The notes: generated by a model not told the origin, from the letters alone. Positions 39,610 through 49,939 are shown, numbered from the whole stretch's first letter. The stretch: DNA of 63,807 bases, filler included, from Octopus bimaculoides (GCF_001194135.2; 5 parts of 5 records of this genome joined end to end with filler, not necessarily neighbours in it), one strand, 5' to 3'. Numbers and translations are program-made.

Positions 39610-41080
39610 AGATGACAAGCTGGCAGAATCATTAGAGAATTGGTAAAAAATATTTCACAGCTCTTCAAATTCTGAGTTCAAATCCTGCCAAGGTCAACTT
39701 CACCTTTCATCCCTCCAGCTTGATATAAAGTACTGGGATCGATGGTATTGACTGGTCTTTTCTCCTCAAAATTACTAGCCTTGTGCCTAAACCACCATTA
39801 TTATTATCAAAGTGGTGAGCTGGCTGAATCATTAGCATGCTGGACAAAATGCTTAGCGGCATTTCATCTGTCTTAGTGTTCTGAGTTCAAATTCCACTGA
39901 GGTTGACTTTGCCTTTCATCCTTTTGGGAATTGATAAAATAAGTACCAGTTGAATACTGGAGGTGATGTAATCAACTCCTCTCCTTCCCACCAAAGTTGC
40001 TGTCCTTATGGCAAAATTTGAAACCATTATTTAGCGGTGAGCTAGCAGAATTGTTAGCATGCTGGGCAAAATACTTAACATTTTGTCTATCTTTACATTC
40101 TGAGTTCAAATTCCGCCAAGGTCGACTTTACCTTTCATCCTTTTGGGATCAATAAAATAAGTACCAGTTGAGCACTGGGGTCAATGTATTTTGACTAGCT
40201 ACCTCCCTCTCTCCCAAATTTCAGGCTTTGTGCCTATCGTAGAAGGGATTATTAAGACTGTAGAGCTGGCAGAACCATTACAGCATCGGAAAGATACTTC
40301 AACACATTTCTTTCTAGCTCTTTACGTTCTGTACTCAAATCCCATTGAGGTAAATTTTGCTTTTTATTCCTTTGGAGTTGATAAAGTAATGGCATTCATG
40401 TAATCAAATAACTTTCCCATTGAAATTGCTGACCTTGTGCTGAAAGCTGAGCTGACAGACTTGTTAGAGTATCAAAGGAAAAAAATGCTTTGCATTATTT
40501 GTTCCAGTGCTTCATGTTATAGATTCAAATATTCCTAGAGTCAACTTTGCCTAGGGTTCATAAATTAAGGTACCAGTGAAGTGTGGGGGTTGATAGCATT
40601 GACTAATCTCTTCCCTTCAAAATTACTGGCCTTGTCTAAATCAAAAACCATTATTAAAGGCAATGAACTGGTGGAATTGTTAGGGTTTTGGACAAAATGC
40701 TTAGAGGCTATTCTTCCATCTCTTTTATGTGCTGAGCTCAAAATCTTGCTGAGATCAACTTTGGTACTTTCATCAACTCCAAAAGGATAAAAGGCAGACA
40801 AGAAGTGAGGTCGATGTGACTGATGAACTCCCTTCCCTTAGAATTGTTAGCCTTGAGCCACAATTTTGAAACAATTTTTTTTTTTATTTGGTAATGTTTA
40901 AAAAAATTAGTTGATGGCAGTAATTGCATCCCATTGTGTTTCTGAGTTTATATCCTGCTGAAGTTAAGTTGGATTTTCATCTTTCCAAGGTCGATTTAAG
41001 ATAAATACTGGCCAAGTACTGAAATCCATAAATAATCAACAATGTTCTCCCTCAAAATTTGTACCCCTTGCACCAATATT
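39610..41080 (+). mobile_element. Head-to-tail array of about 7 decayed SINE family A copies
   Basis: Repeated agctggcagaatc...ttctgagttcaaat...ctttcatcc...aagtaccagt...ccttgtgcc units about 200 bp apart, all on plus, CpG-depleted. Confidence 0.85.
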
Positions 41081-41164
41081 AGCTGTTACTGTTGCTATTA
41101 GCACTATTGCATTGCTGAAGACTAGATCATTGGATTTACTTATATTTCCTTTCTGTCAATAATA

Positions 41165-41985
41165 CAAGGTGTCTATAAATGACCTTTCCAATTTGAGAAG
41201 TTCAGAAAAAATGAAAAATAAGCATAACAGAGTTTGTTGGGAAACACTTCTATGAGCACTTCTGTGTGAGCTCCACTGGTTGCACATAACATATCTAGAT
41301 GATGTTCAGCTTCTGACCATTTGCATTAGAGCATCCTCTCATCAATATTGGATATGACTTGGCATATTTTTTCCTTGAGATTTTTGAGGTCTTGAACATT
41401 TGTGTGATAGACTCTGTCTTTAATGTAGACCTATAATAAGTCTAGAGGGGTTTATATCTGGTGACCTAGATGGCCAGGAAATTGAACTGCCTCTTGTAAT
41501 CCACCAGTTTGGGAAAGTTTCATAAAGAAATTCTTGAACATTCAATTGCCAATGGGTGGTGCACCATCTTGTTGGAAAATAACTGTTGGTTGCAAGTGGT
41601 GCAACTGTGGTGCCACAAATTCTTGTAAAAGGTCAGGGTAAGCGTTGGAAATAATTGTTTCTTCTGCAAAGGAAAATGGGCCAGTCACTTGAACTAACAC
41701 AAGGCCACACCAAACATTGACTTTTGGGTTGTTTCTTTGCAATTCTTTTGTTTTGTTTGAGTTTTCCAAACCCCAGTTCCTGATGTTGTGCTTATTTACC
41801 ATTCCTGATACACAAAATGTTGCTTTATCACTGAAACAACTCTTTCTAAGGAACCCTTCATCTAATTGAGTTAACATGTCCACCACAAACTGTTTCATTT
41901 AGGGTTTGTCATCTAGCTGAAGTGCTTGCAAAAGTTGCACCTTATAAGCATAAAGCCTCAAGTTCTTATGCAAAACTTCAATAAT
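41165..41985 (-). mobile_element. Tc1/mariner (DD37D/maT-like) transposase remnant, 5'-truncated
   Basis: VLHKNLRLYAYKVQLLQAL, FSDKATFCVSGMVNKHNIRNWG, PKVNVWCG, GPFSF, FQQDGAPP and WPSRSPDINP motifs; terminus ta|caaggtgtc at 41165. Confidence 0.9.
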
Positions 41986-42459
41986 ATTTATTTAAAATAT
42001 GCAAAGTTGATTGATAAATCTCAACTTTAATAGATACAATAAATTGTAATGGAAATTGTAATGGAAATTGTAATGATAATTTATTGACATTCTATTTATA
42101 TGTTTATTCTCTCTAGATCTTTCTTTTAACTGTAATTATGATCTTTAATAGTAAAAAAAAGCCAACTGTTTTTTCTTATTCTGCCAGAATGTACATCTTA
42201 CTCTAGGTTGCAATAGATCTCCCCCCCCCCCCTTTCATTCTTATAGGAAAGGCATTGATGACACAAGAACTTATACTTTCTCTCTCCCCACTATTCTAAC
42301 CAGTCATATCTGACCATAGGAAAAGAGATTTTTATTTTAATATAAATTACATGTCAGTTTTTTTGAACTGGGCAAAACGGTCTCGACTCATTCTGCTGAG
42401 CTCATAATGGAAGGGCTGCAAGCTTTTACCTTCAACGCTAGATCTGTTTGCAAGAGGGA

Positions 42460-42640
42460 GCCTCTGACATAATCACTTGGCTTGCTAAAAATAGCAGACA
42501 AATTTCTCTCAAATCACATGTTACCATCTCTTAAAATAAAGCGTAATTCTTGATACCTAAGGACATGATGATTAATGGCTAGCATGTCTTAGATCATGGT
42601 TCTGCTTGATCAGAATTAACTTGGAAGTAAACAACAAGAA
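42460..42640 (+). mobile_element. SINE family C copy
   Basis: ggcttgctaaaaatagcagacaaatttctctcaaatcaca...agcatgtcttagatcatgg...aaacaacaa. Confidence 0.55.
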
Positions 42641-42854
42641 AAATATATAACCCTGGTTCTCTTATGTCAGCCTGTGGACATAAGATACAAAGTCTATAAC
42701 TTACATTTTGTGGTGGACTATTATAAAGAAAATGATAATTAGATGTAAAAAGCTGAAATTCTGCTAGTGTCAACTTCCAGCTTTCATTTAGCTACACTAA
42801 GAGTGAGAGAACTATTTAATGTTAGGGTTGATTTGTGTGTTAGAACAGACTTAC

Positions 42855-42866
42855 CCCCAGCAGCTT
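42855..42866 (-). CDS. Candidate 12-nt microexon AAGCTGCTGGGG
   Basis: Acceptor ttcattatttttcttag| and consensus donor GG|gtaagt. Frame-preserving. A longer alternative (42855-43053, acceptor ttgtttag|) is also open in one frame. Confidence 0.45.
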
Positions 42867-43134
42867 CTAAGAAAAATAATGAATCTTTAATTTTACAAAT
42901 TTCACTGTTGTGTAACTTATACTGAATTACTCTTTTTGGCCTTAAGGGTTTAACCCATTTATTATACCATGGGTTTGAGGGACTTTGGCAGGTGGTTTCA
43001 AAATCTTGAATGTGAGCAAAGGGCTCCACAAATAAGAGTCCCACATCCTCACTCTAAACAACTATAGAGATAAAATATCAGTAATATTAATTTAATCGAC
43101 TCTACAACCTAAAACTTAATTTTGTGCAATCTGG

Positions 43135-43975
43135 TGAGGTGCCAGAGTTGTAATGTTGGAAAAAATTTCTTGTGTTATTTCTTTTGGCTCTTCACCTTGT
43201 GTCTTTCATCCTTTCAGAGTCTATAACATAAAGTATCAGTCTATTGCTGGAGTCAATATAATCGACTAAACCCCCCTCTCCATAAAATTGCTGGCCTTGT
43301 GCAAAAATTTAAAATTATTATAGTAAAGGTGATGGTTTGGCAGAATTGTTGAAGAGCCAAACAAAATACCTTGTAATATTTGCTTCAGTTCAAAGGTAGT
43401 GAACTGGCGGAATCTTTAGCATGTTGGGCAAAATGTTTAGTGGCATTTCATCCAGCTTTATGTTCTGAGTTCAAATCCAGCCAAGGTCAACTTTGCCTTT
43501 CATCCTTTCGGGGTTGACAAAATATGTACTGGTTGATGACTGGGGTCGATATAATCGACTTACCCCCTGCCTTGAAATTGCTCATCTTGTGCCAAAATTT
43601 GAAACCAATAATTGTTCCAGTTCTTTGTGCTTTGAGTTCAAATTCTGTTGAGGTCAACATTGCTTTTCATTCACCCCGGGTCAGTAAACCACCACTCATG
43701 TGCTGATGTTGGTTTAATCAACTAACCCTCTTCACTCAAAATTTCCAGCCTTGTTTCTTTATCGGAAACAATTATTATTATAATTATTGAGTGCTGACGA
43801 TTTCAAAGATTCATTATACAAAATGTTTTGCAGCTCTTTACATTCCAAGTTGAAATTCTTTCATGGTCAGTTTTTGCCTTTCATCTTTCCAGGGTTGATA
43901 CAATAAATACCAGTCAAATACTGGTGTCATTTTAAGTGATTGAACCCTTCTCCCTAAATTTCTGGTCTTGTTAAA
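43135..43975 (+). mobile_element. Array of about 5 decayed SINE family A copies
   Basis: Same units as 39610-41080, all on plus. Confidence 0.8.
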
Positions 43976-44245
43976 AATTATTGTAATTATTTAATTTTTT
44001 TTTTCCTGTGTTTCGTTTCATAGTTTTTATCACTGTTACCATAACAACAACATATACTGAAAAATTTTCATTAAATTTTGCACATGTGAGATAACCTTAC
44101 TTTCAATGGTACACACACACACACACTCACACTAGTAAGGTCCAGTGTGGCCTAGGTCCTATTTTCTTCATTTTTTTTTCACTCCAGAATCAGACAGTGG
44201 CATTAAGCCAACTACCATGATGGCTTCAATTTTACCTTTTTTTTC

Positions 44246-44282
<37 letters not shown>

Positions 44283-44514
44283 TCCTCATCTTCTCTCCCA
44301 TCTATACTACATAAAATTTTTTACCAAATATGTGAGAGGAAGGTGATACAATTAACTAAATCAATTAAAACATCCTTTCCCTTCTTAGTTTCACTCAAGG
44401 GCATTCATTCATATNNNNNNNNNNNNNNNNNNNNNNNNNNNNNNNNNNNNNNNNNNNNTTAATTAATTAANNNNNNNNNNNNNNNNNNNNNNNNNNNNNN
44501 NNNNNNNNNNNNNN

Positions 44515-44549
<35 letters not shown>

Positions 44550-44753
44550 TGTATAAGTATACACACACTTACATACATATCACACACACACACTCATACA
44601 CACATACTCACATACACACACACATATATATACATAATACACATATACATATACATACATGTGTGTGTGTAAGCATATAAAGCAACTACACGTGAGTGTT
44701 TCTCCGTGTGTATACGCATAAATGTAGACAGTTTTATTAATGCATCCTATATA

Positions 44754-45650
44754 CAGGGATTAAACATGACGAATTTTTGTGTCTCCATTTTTCAGGAACA
44801 GCTTGATATATTGGTGACCAATCAATGGCATTGAAGAGCGTAAAGATTAAAGTTGTAGTTGAGAAAAAGTTAGCTGACATTGAGGACTGGAAGCCATTTG
44901 AATATTGGAAAAGAGCTGCCTGTATCGTAATGATTCGCGTCAGGTATCGAAATACTGAAATCATGACTTCAGCTCAGTACTCTTTGAACACTGTAAAGTC
45001 TGTAAGATGTGACATGGACAGCTGCAAAGGAGATTATGAAGCCGTGACCATCAAGAAGGGACCCAGCAGGCGTTCTGATTCGGCCCGCACGCCGGAATTC
45101 ATTCCCAAACCTTTGTAGAGTCTAAGGCTCAGTCCACACGGCTATGTGAATTTGCTGGAGATTATAGTCAAATTTGGCTGGAGAAGGTTTCTGCTAGAAG
45201 GTAATATGTGTAGTAGCAGGATTTGGCTTCTTGCCATACCTCAAGAAAGAGTTAGAAATGGTTGTCGGAAAATTTCTACGACTTCACCAACTCCAAGTTT
45301 TTAGCCTCCTACCTCGACCGATTGTAATCCGATGGGTAACTATGAGTGGGACAGAGTTGAGAAAGACACCAACTACTCTGGCTGCAACATCAATGTCAAC
45401 CTGGTGGCCAGGATGAGGGAGGTGTTCGAAGGTCTTCTCAGGGACACAGTGTGGAGCGCATGTACGAAGTTTCGGAGCCATTTTGAGGCCGTGGTGATAG
45501 CTAAGAGGACTACTTTGAGTAAACTGTTATCTCCCAGTCGTACTCTGGTTGATATATTTTGATTTGTTTTTAAATACTTTCATTTTTGCATGGTATATTG
45601 TATTTTCTTTTCCTTTTATGCAAACTGTCAAATTTAGTCCGAACAACCTG
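44754..45650 (+). mobile_element. Internally deleted Tc1/mariner element
   Basis: N-terminal WKRAACIVMIR...RRSDSARTPEFI and C-terminal DCNPMGNYEWDRVEKDTN...ACTKFRSHFEAVV pieces, with most of the DDD core missing. Degenerate TIRs cagggattaaacatgacgaattt / aaatttagtccgaacaacctg; TA on the left, TG on the right. Confidence 0.8.
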
Positions 45651-45930
45651 TGAGATGCATGTGTGTGTAAGTGTTCCAGTGTGCCTAAGCTTGTTAATGC
45701 GCGTATTTGTGTGCGTGGGCGTATTTGTATGTGTATGTGTAGGTGTGTGATAGTTGGTACACAAAATCTTACCTAGGAGTTCTGCAACAATTCAGACACT
45801 ACCGTTTCCCAAATAGCTGAGATTGTGCTTACATTTTGGTAACACTTGTACATATACTCTTCTGTTTTTTTCTTTTTGTCAATGGTATAGGTAAGACAAA
45901 ATCTTTTTATTTATGAAAATGTTAATTTAC

Positions 45931-45948
45931 CTGTCCAAGTGATGTTTC
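45931..45948 (-). CDS. Candidate 18-nt microexon GAAACATCACTTGGACAG
   Basis: Acceptor gctttccccctttaag| and donor CAG|gtaaat. Frame-preserving length; no stop in any phase. Confidence 0.45.
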
Positions 45949-45961
45949 CTTAAAGGGGGAA

Positions 45962-46021
45962 AGCTTAAATAGAACCGAACCCGTAGCTTAAATAGAACCG
46001 AACCCGTAGCTTAAATAGAAC
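45962..46021. repeat. 23-bp tandem repeat (AGCTTAAATAGAACCGAACCCGT) x2.6
   Basis: Two perfect copies plus a 14-nt partial. Confidence 0.9.
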
Positions 46022-46722
46022 TTCAGAAAATAAAAGAAAACGCACAGGGAAATATATCTTAGTAAGAAAGAATCGAACTAAAACAAATAATTTTACTCTT
46101 TTTTTTATTGTTGTGGCTGTCGTCATTGTTATTGTTTTTATTGGGTTTTTTTTTTCTTTTTTTTTTTTTCAAATGGCAAAAGTTTGCTTTTCGCACACGT
46201 CGAAACCATAGATCACAAGAAATGATGACACCAAAAAGTTCTTGGTTTAAGCATCAACAACAACATCATCATCAATAGCAACAACAACAACAAAATAATA
46301 ATAATAATAATAATAGCAACAACAACAACAACAACAACAATAATAATAATAATAATACGAAAATAATATTATGAAGTTAATCCGGGATAATGCAAATGCG
46401 GCAGACAGACATTAGGGGCGGGAAGCTTATAACCACAGACTCGGACCTGGCACCCACTCACCACCGACTACCTCATCTTCATCACCGACATCACCCCAAC
46501 CACCACCATCTATCATAGGTGAAAGCCTGAATCAGTCGTGCATAACTGTTTGTGATACCGGTTCACACCACTTTACATTCGACCTTACCACTCATCGTAG
46601 CCATCGTTGTTGTTGTTTTTATTATTGATGATATAATTGTTATTGTTGCCGTCGTAACCGCTGCTGTTGTAGATTTCGACCGTCACGTGTTAAGTAACGC
46701 CATATTTGTTATACTTTTGTAC

Positions 46723-46767
46723 CTACACTTCGTAACTTCGCTGCACTCGCTCTTCCAAAAATGTTGA
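46723..46767 (-). CDS. Candidate unknown gene, 45-nt exon (QHFWKSECSEVTKCR in phase 2)
   Basis: Acceptor cccgtttccccag| and donor TGTAG|gtacaa. Length is a multiple of 3. Open in phases 1 and 2; ends in TAG in phase 0. Confidence 0.45.
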   Translation of the reverse strand, partial: STFLEERVQRSYEV

Positions 46768-46818
46768 CTGGGGAAACGGGTGCCGCGAGAGAATAATAAT
46801 GGAGATTAATATGAATAC

Positions 46819-46819
<1 letters not shown>

Positions 46820-46874
<55 letters not shown>

Positions 46875-46877
46875 AAA
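46820..46877. repeat. (GAAA)n microsatellite
   Basis: Directly visible; lies in the candidate first intron. Confidence 0.9.
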
Positions 46878-46974
46878 AGTGTGATGATATTAGTGCACAC
46901 GTTCGTAATAAAGGTGTGGCACGTGTGCAATAGCTGAATGACTCCACCCATTTTTTGTTTAATATCTCTCTTAC

Positions 46975-47033
46975 CCCATCCTTACACTCCTTGAAGCAGC
47001 ACGGAATAACTTATCCTTCACTTTCCTCATCAT
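46975..47033 (-). CDS. Candidate unknown gene, exon 1 coding part (MMRKVKDKLFRAASRSVRM+GG, phase 2)
   Basis: ATG is preceded by an in-frame stop. Only this frame is open up to the donor GG|gtaaga (46974). An alternative donor AGT|gtaagg lies 11 nt upstream. It sits in a CpG-rich island. Confidence 0.4.
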
Positions 47034-48275
47034 CGGCGACGTCGTCTCTCAAGCGAAACTGCTGGACAGTAGACAGTAGTCCCATTTTGAGGCCCACCAT
47101 GCATTTGGCCATCGAAATAACTCATGAATTGATCGGCCTTGTTAAACACTTCTGGTGGCAACAGGGCAATGTTCGCAGGGCGGGTAAGATAAAACATACG
47201 AAACGAATAAGACATACGTGCAAAGCCAACCAAGACTGGCAGGCATAATGAGAATATGCATACTAATAGATTAACAGCATTCTGGAGTTTTCTCCTCCGA
47301 ATCCGCTCAACTGTGACCAATCGGCCCCAAAATATGACACCATTTTGGAAAATAGTGTCGACACGTGAACAGAGCAATGTTTCCTATCTTTTTCTTTTTT
47401 TTTATTATTGTTTCTTTTCCTCTCCTCTTTCCGCCTTGCTGTCTCTGTGTCTCAATGTCTTCCCTTCTTCCCTCTCTGTCATTTTCCTTCCCTCTCAAGC
47501 TTTGATGGTCGACTGCGTACCACTGAACGCAGCATGAAACTTGCCAATACCATCATTTACTTTGCTCATAAATGTTGCTAGACTGAAAATCCGAATCAGT
47601 AATATGAATTACTCCTCTTCCACTTGTATGTGACGACCAGCGGTCACGTGTGTGTCTGCTTGCTTTATCTTACAATAACAAGGTCGAGAATAAAAAAGAA
47701 TATTTTTAAAAACAAGACAAAATTTTTTCAAAACCTACAACATAACTGTAAGAGAAAGTTACGTTTCAACCTCCTTAAACAAGGACAGGATGTTTTTTTT
47801 AAATTTATTTTTTACTATTCTTACTATTTTTTTTATCTACTCTTCATTTCCTGTTAAACAGATTCTCATAGCAGATTTTCTCATCTATCGAGACCACTCA
47901 TAAAAATCGCGAATCGATGCAGCAGCAATAATCTATAATGTATAGGCTGAAAACTGCACGTGTTCTGTCAATTCGGTTCCTATAAAATTTATTATTTACA
48001 TATGTATGTTTACGTCAAGTGTTGTATGCTTGTATACCAGCGGAGAAGTTTGCAGGTCAATTCTATTGCAATTGTGAAGCCTCTTCGAAGACCACCACCA
48101 CCACAATCACTACTAAAGGCAAAGTACAACTACAGTATATCTCTAACTGAATTATGACCAGAGGATATATATTTACTTGGATTCCTAACTGAGGTTCTTT
48201 ATTCTTTAATTGTGTACCTGTGTGTATTTGTTACCTTAACGTGTATTGAATAAAGATATACAGTATACATATACT

Positions 48276-48936
48276 GGATCTATTTCAAAACGGGGGCACC
48301 AGTATTTTCTTTACGAAACACTAACGAAACACTTTGAAACTTGGGACACTGGTAGAATGTGTCATATAAAACATCTTTTACTCTTAGTCTTCTTAACAAA
48401 AAAACGTACATCGCAAGTTATTCCATGTTAAAGTTGTCGTATTTCTGTAATTTCAACCAATCACTGACGTCTATTCAGCTGAATAGAGTTACTGCTGGGC
48501 GGTCATAAAAATGTTATTCCCTGTGACATATTTCATCCGGTTTAATCGTAATTTATACGCATATATTGTTTATATAATAAATTACGCTGTGCGTATCTAT
48601 GTGTGTAACAATTTTAGAGTTCGGATTCTAGAGTTAGGGTTAGTTTTAGGGTTAGGGTTAGGGTTAACAGTCTAGTTAGGGTTAGGGTTAGGGTTAGGGG
48701 ATTAATACGATATACACCGTTACAGCGCTAACTGTTTTCAACTGAATAGACGTCAGTGATTAGTAGAAATTATCGAAATAAGACAATTTTTTACATGAAA
48801 TAAATTCGAATACAAAAATTTTTTTCTGTTCTATAACACAAAATAGATAAGTATACGAAGTTTGAAAGTCTTTCGGTACCAAAAACACTACATAAAACAT
48901 AAATGAAAACTGGTGCCCCCGTTTTGAAATAGATCT
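48276..48936. mobile_element. Merlin-like non-autonomous element, copy 2 (661 bp), with internal TTAGGG repeats
   Basis: TIRs (g/a)gatctatttcaaaacgggggcaccagt; exact 8-bp TSD catatact (48268-48275, 48937-48944); internal inverted pair 48449-48483 / 48737-48771; (TTAGGG)n at 48634-48699. Confidence 0.85.
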
Positions 48937-49746
48937 CATATACTATACATATGAGTGTGTGTATCTATATACGTATTTATATATACACCCAGGCCTATTC
49001 CCCATTTTTTTTAGGAAGGGGTAGCCACAAGACACACACCAGGCATTCCATTCATTTCCCAGCTCAATATATATGTATTCTTTTATTCTTTTATTTGTTT
49101 CAGTCATTTGACTGCGGCCATGCTGGAGCACCACCTTAAAGGATTTTTTAGTCGAAGAAATCGACCTCGGGACTTTAGAGGCTTCTACACTGAATTTCTC
49201 TGTCTCTGTCTCTATCTCTCTCTGCCTGTCTGTCTGTNNNNNNNNNNCGACCTCGGGACTTTAGAGGTTTCTACACTGAATTTCTCTGTCTCTGTCTCTA
49301 TCTCTCTCTGCCTGTCTGTCTGTCTCTCTCTCTCTCTCCCTCTCTATCTATCTATCTCTCCTTCCCTCTTTCGCTCATTCACTTTCTCCACATGTGCGTG
49401 CATGTGTGTGCAGCATATTTCCTATAAATTGCTGTTGTTGTTGTTTAACCGCCAGCTCAACCTAATGGAGCGCACATGAATATGATCAAGGGCATTTTCG
49501 TCGTGACTATTTCTTTTAAACATATGTCTTAATACATTATCTGGCATGCCATTCTTTTTTCCATTACGATAGGGTGTGGACTTGAGAGTTATTTAGCTGA
49601 TGTTTCTAGCAACTCAAACTATAGTATAGCTCAACTAAGCAATGTTTTTACTTATTCGCTCAACTAACCAATGTTTTCACAGATGGTAGTCCACTAGAAT
49701 GAAAACAAATGTTGTAACCTTTTGTGGTTTTTTAAATCTGCTAAAC

Positions 49747-49931
49747 CAGAGCTCCACAACCTTTTTACACTTGCGGTACCCTTATATTCCTTTCAAAATT
49801 CGGCTGCGCACCGGAACTAAAAATCTAACAAAAAGTATAGGGAAAAAATTATATACAGGTTACACTGTGGCACACCTAACATCGTCTCGTGGCACACCAG
49901 TGTGTCACGGCATACCGGTTGCAGAGCACTG
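49747..49931. mobile_element. hAT MITE A (185 bp)
   Basis: Termini cagagctccacaacc / ggttgcagagcactg; flanked by tgctaaac and tgctagac. Confidence 0.85.
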
Positions 49932-49939
49932 TGCTAGAC

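Larger units (their letters stand above)
46380..47660 (-). promoter_or_regulatory. CpG-rich putative promoter/5' region of the candidate gene
   Basis: Locally high CpG. CCAAT at about 47317, several CACGTG E-boxes (about 46684, 46919, 47362, 47645) and YY1-like AAnATGG motifs oriented on the minus strand (about 46697, 47081, 47338). Motif calls only. Confidence 0.3.

Noticed and set aside
39610-41080. Regularly spaced repeats as a CRISPR-like array
   Set aside because: Units are about 200-bp diverged SINE copies without unique spacers, in a eukaryotic context with no cas genes.
47027-47035. Antizyme-like programmed frameshift at CGA-TGA-TGA
   Set aside because: The downstream frame is -1 relative to the upstream ORF, not +1; there is no UCC-UGA or slippery heptamer and no antizyme similarity.
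47120-47175. F-box-like LLPPEV..SYFD motif in the upstream ORF (FBXL14 is a known Wnt5 neighbour)
   Set aside because: Spacing and downstream residues do not fit an F-box, and no leucine-rich repeats follow.
48634-48699. TTAGGG tract as a true telomere or chromosome-fusion scar
   Set aside because: Short, interrupted and enclosed within a TIR/TSD-bounded mobile element.
49162-49323. 76-bp direct duplication on either side of a 10-N gap
   Set aside because: The copies differ by one base and abut the gap; typical unmerged contig overlap or two haplotypes.
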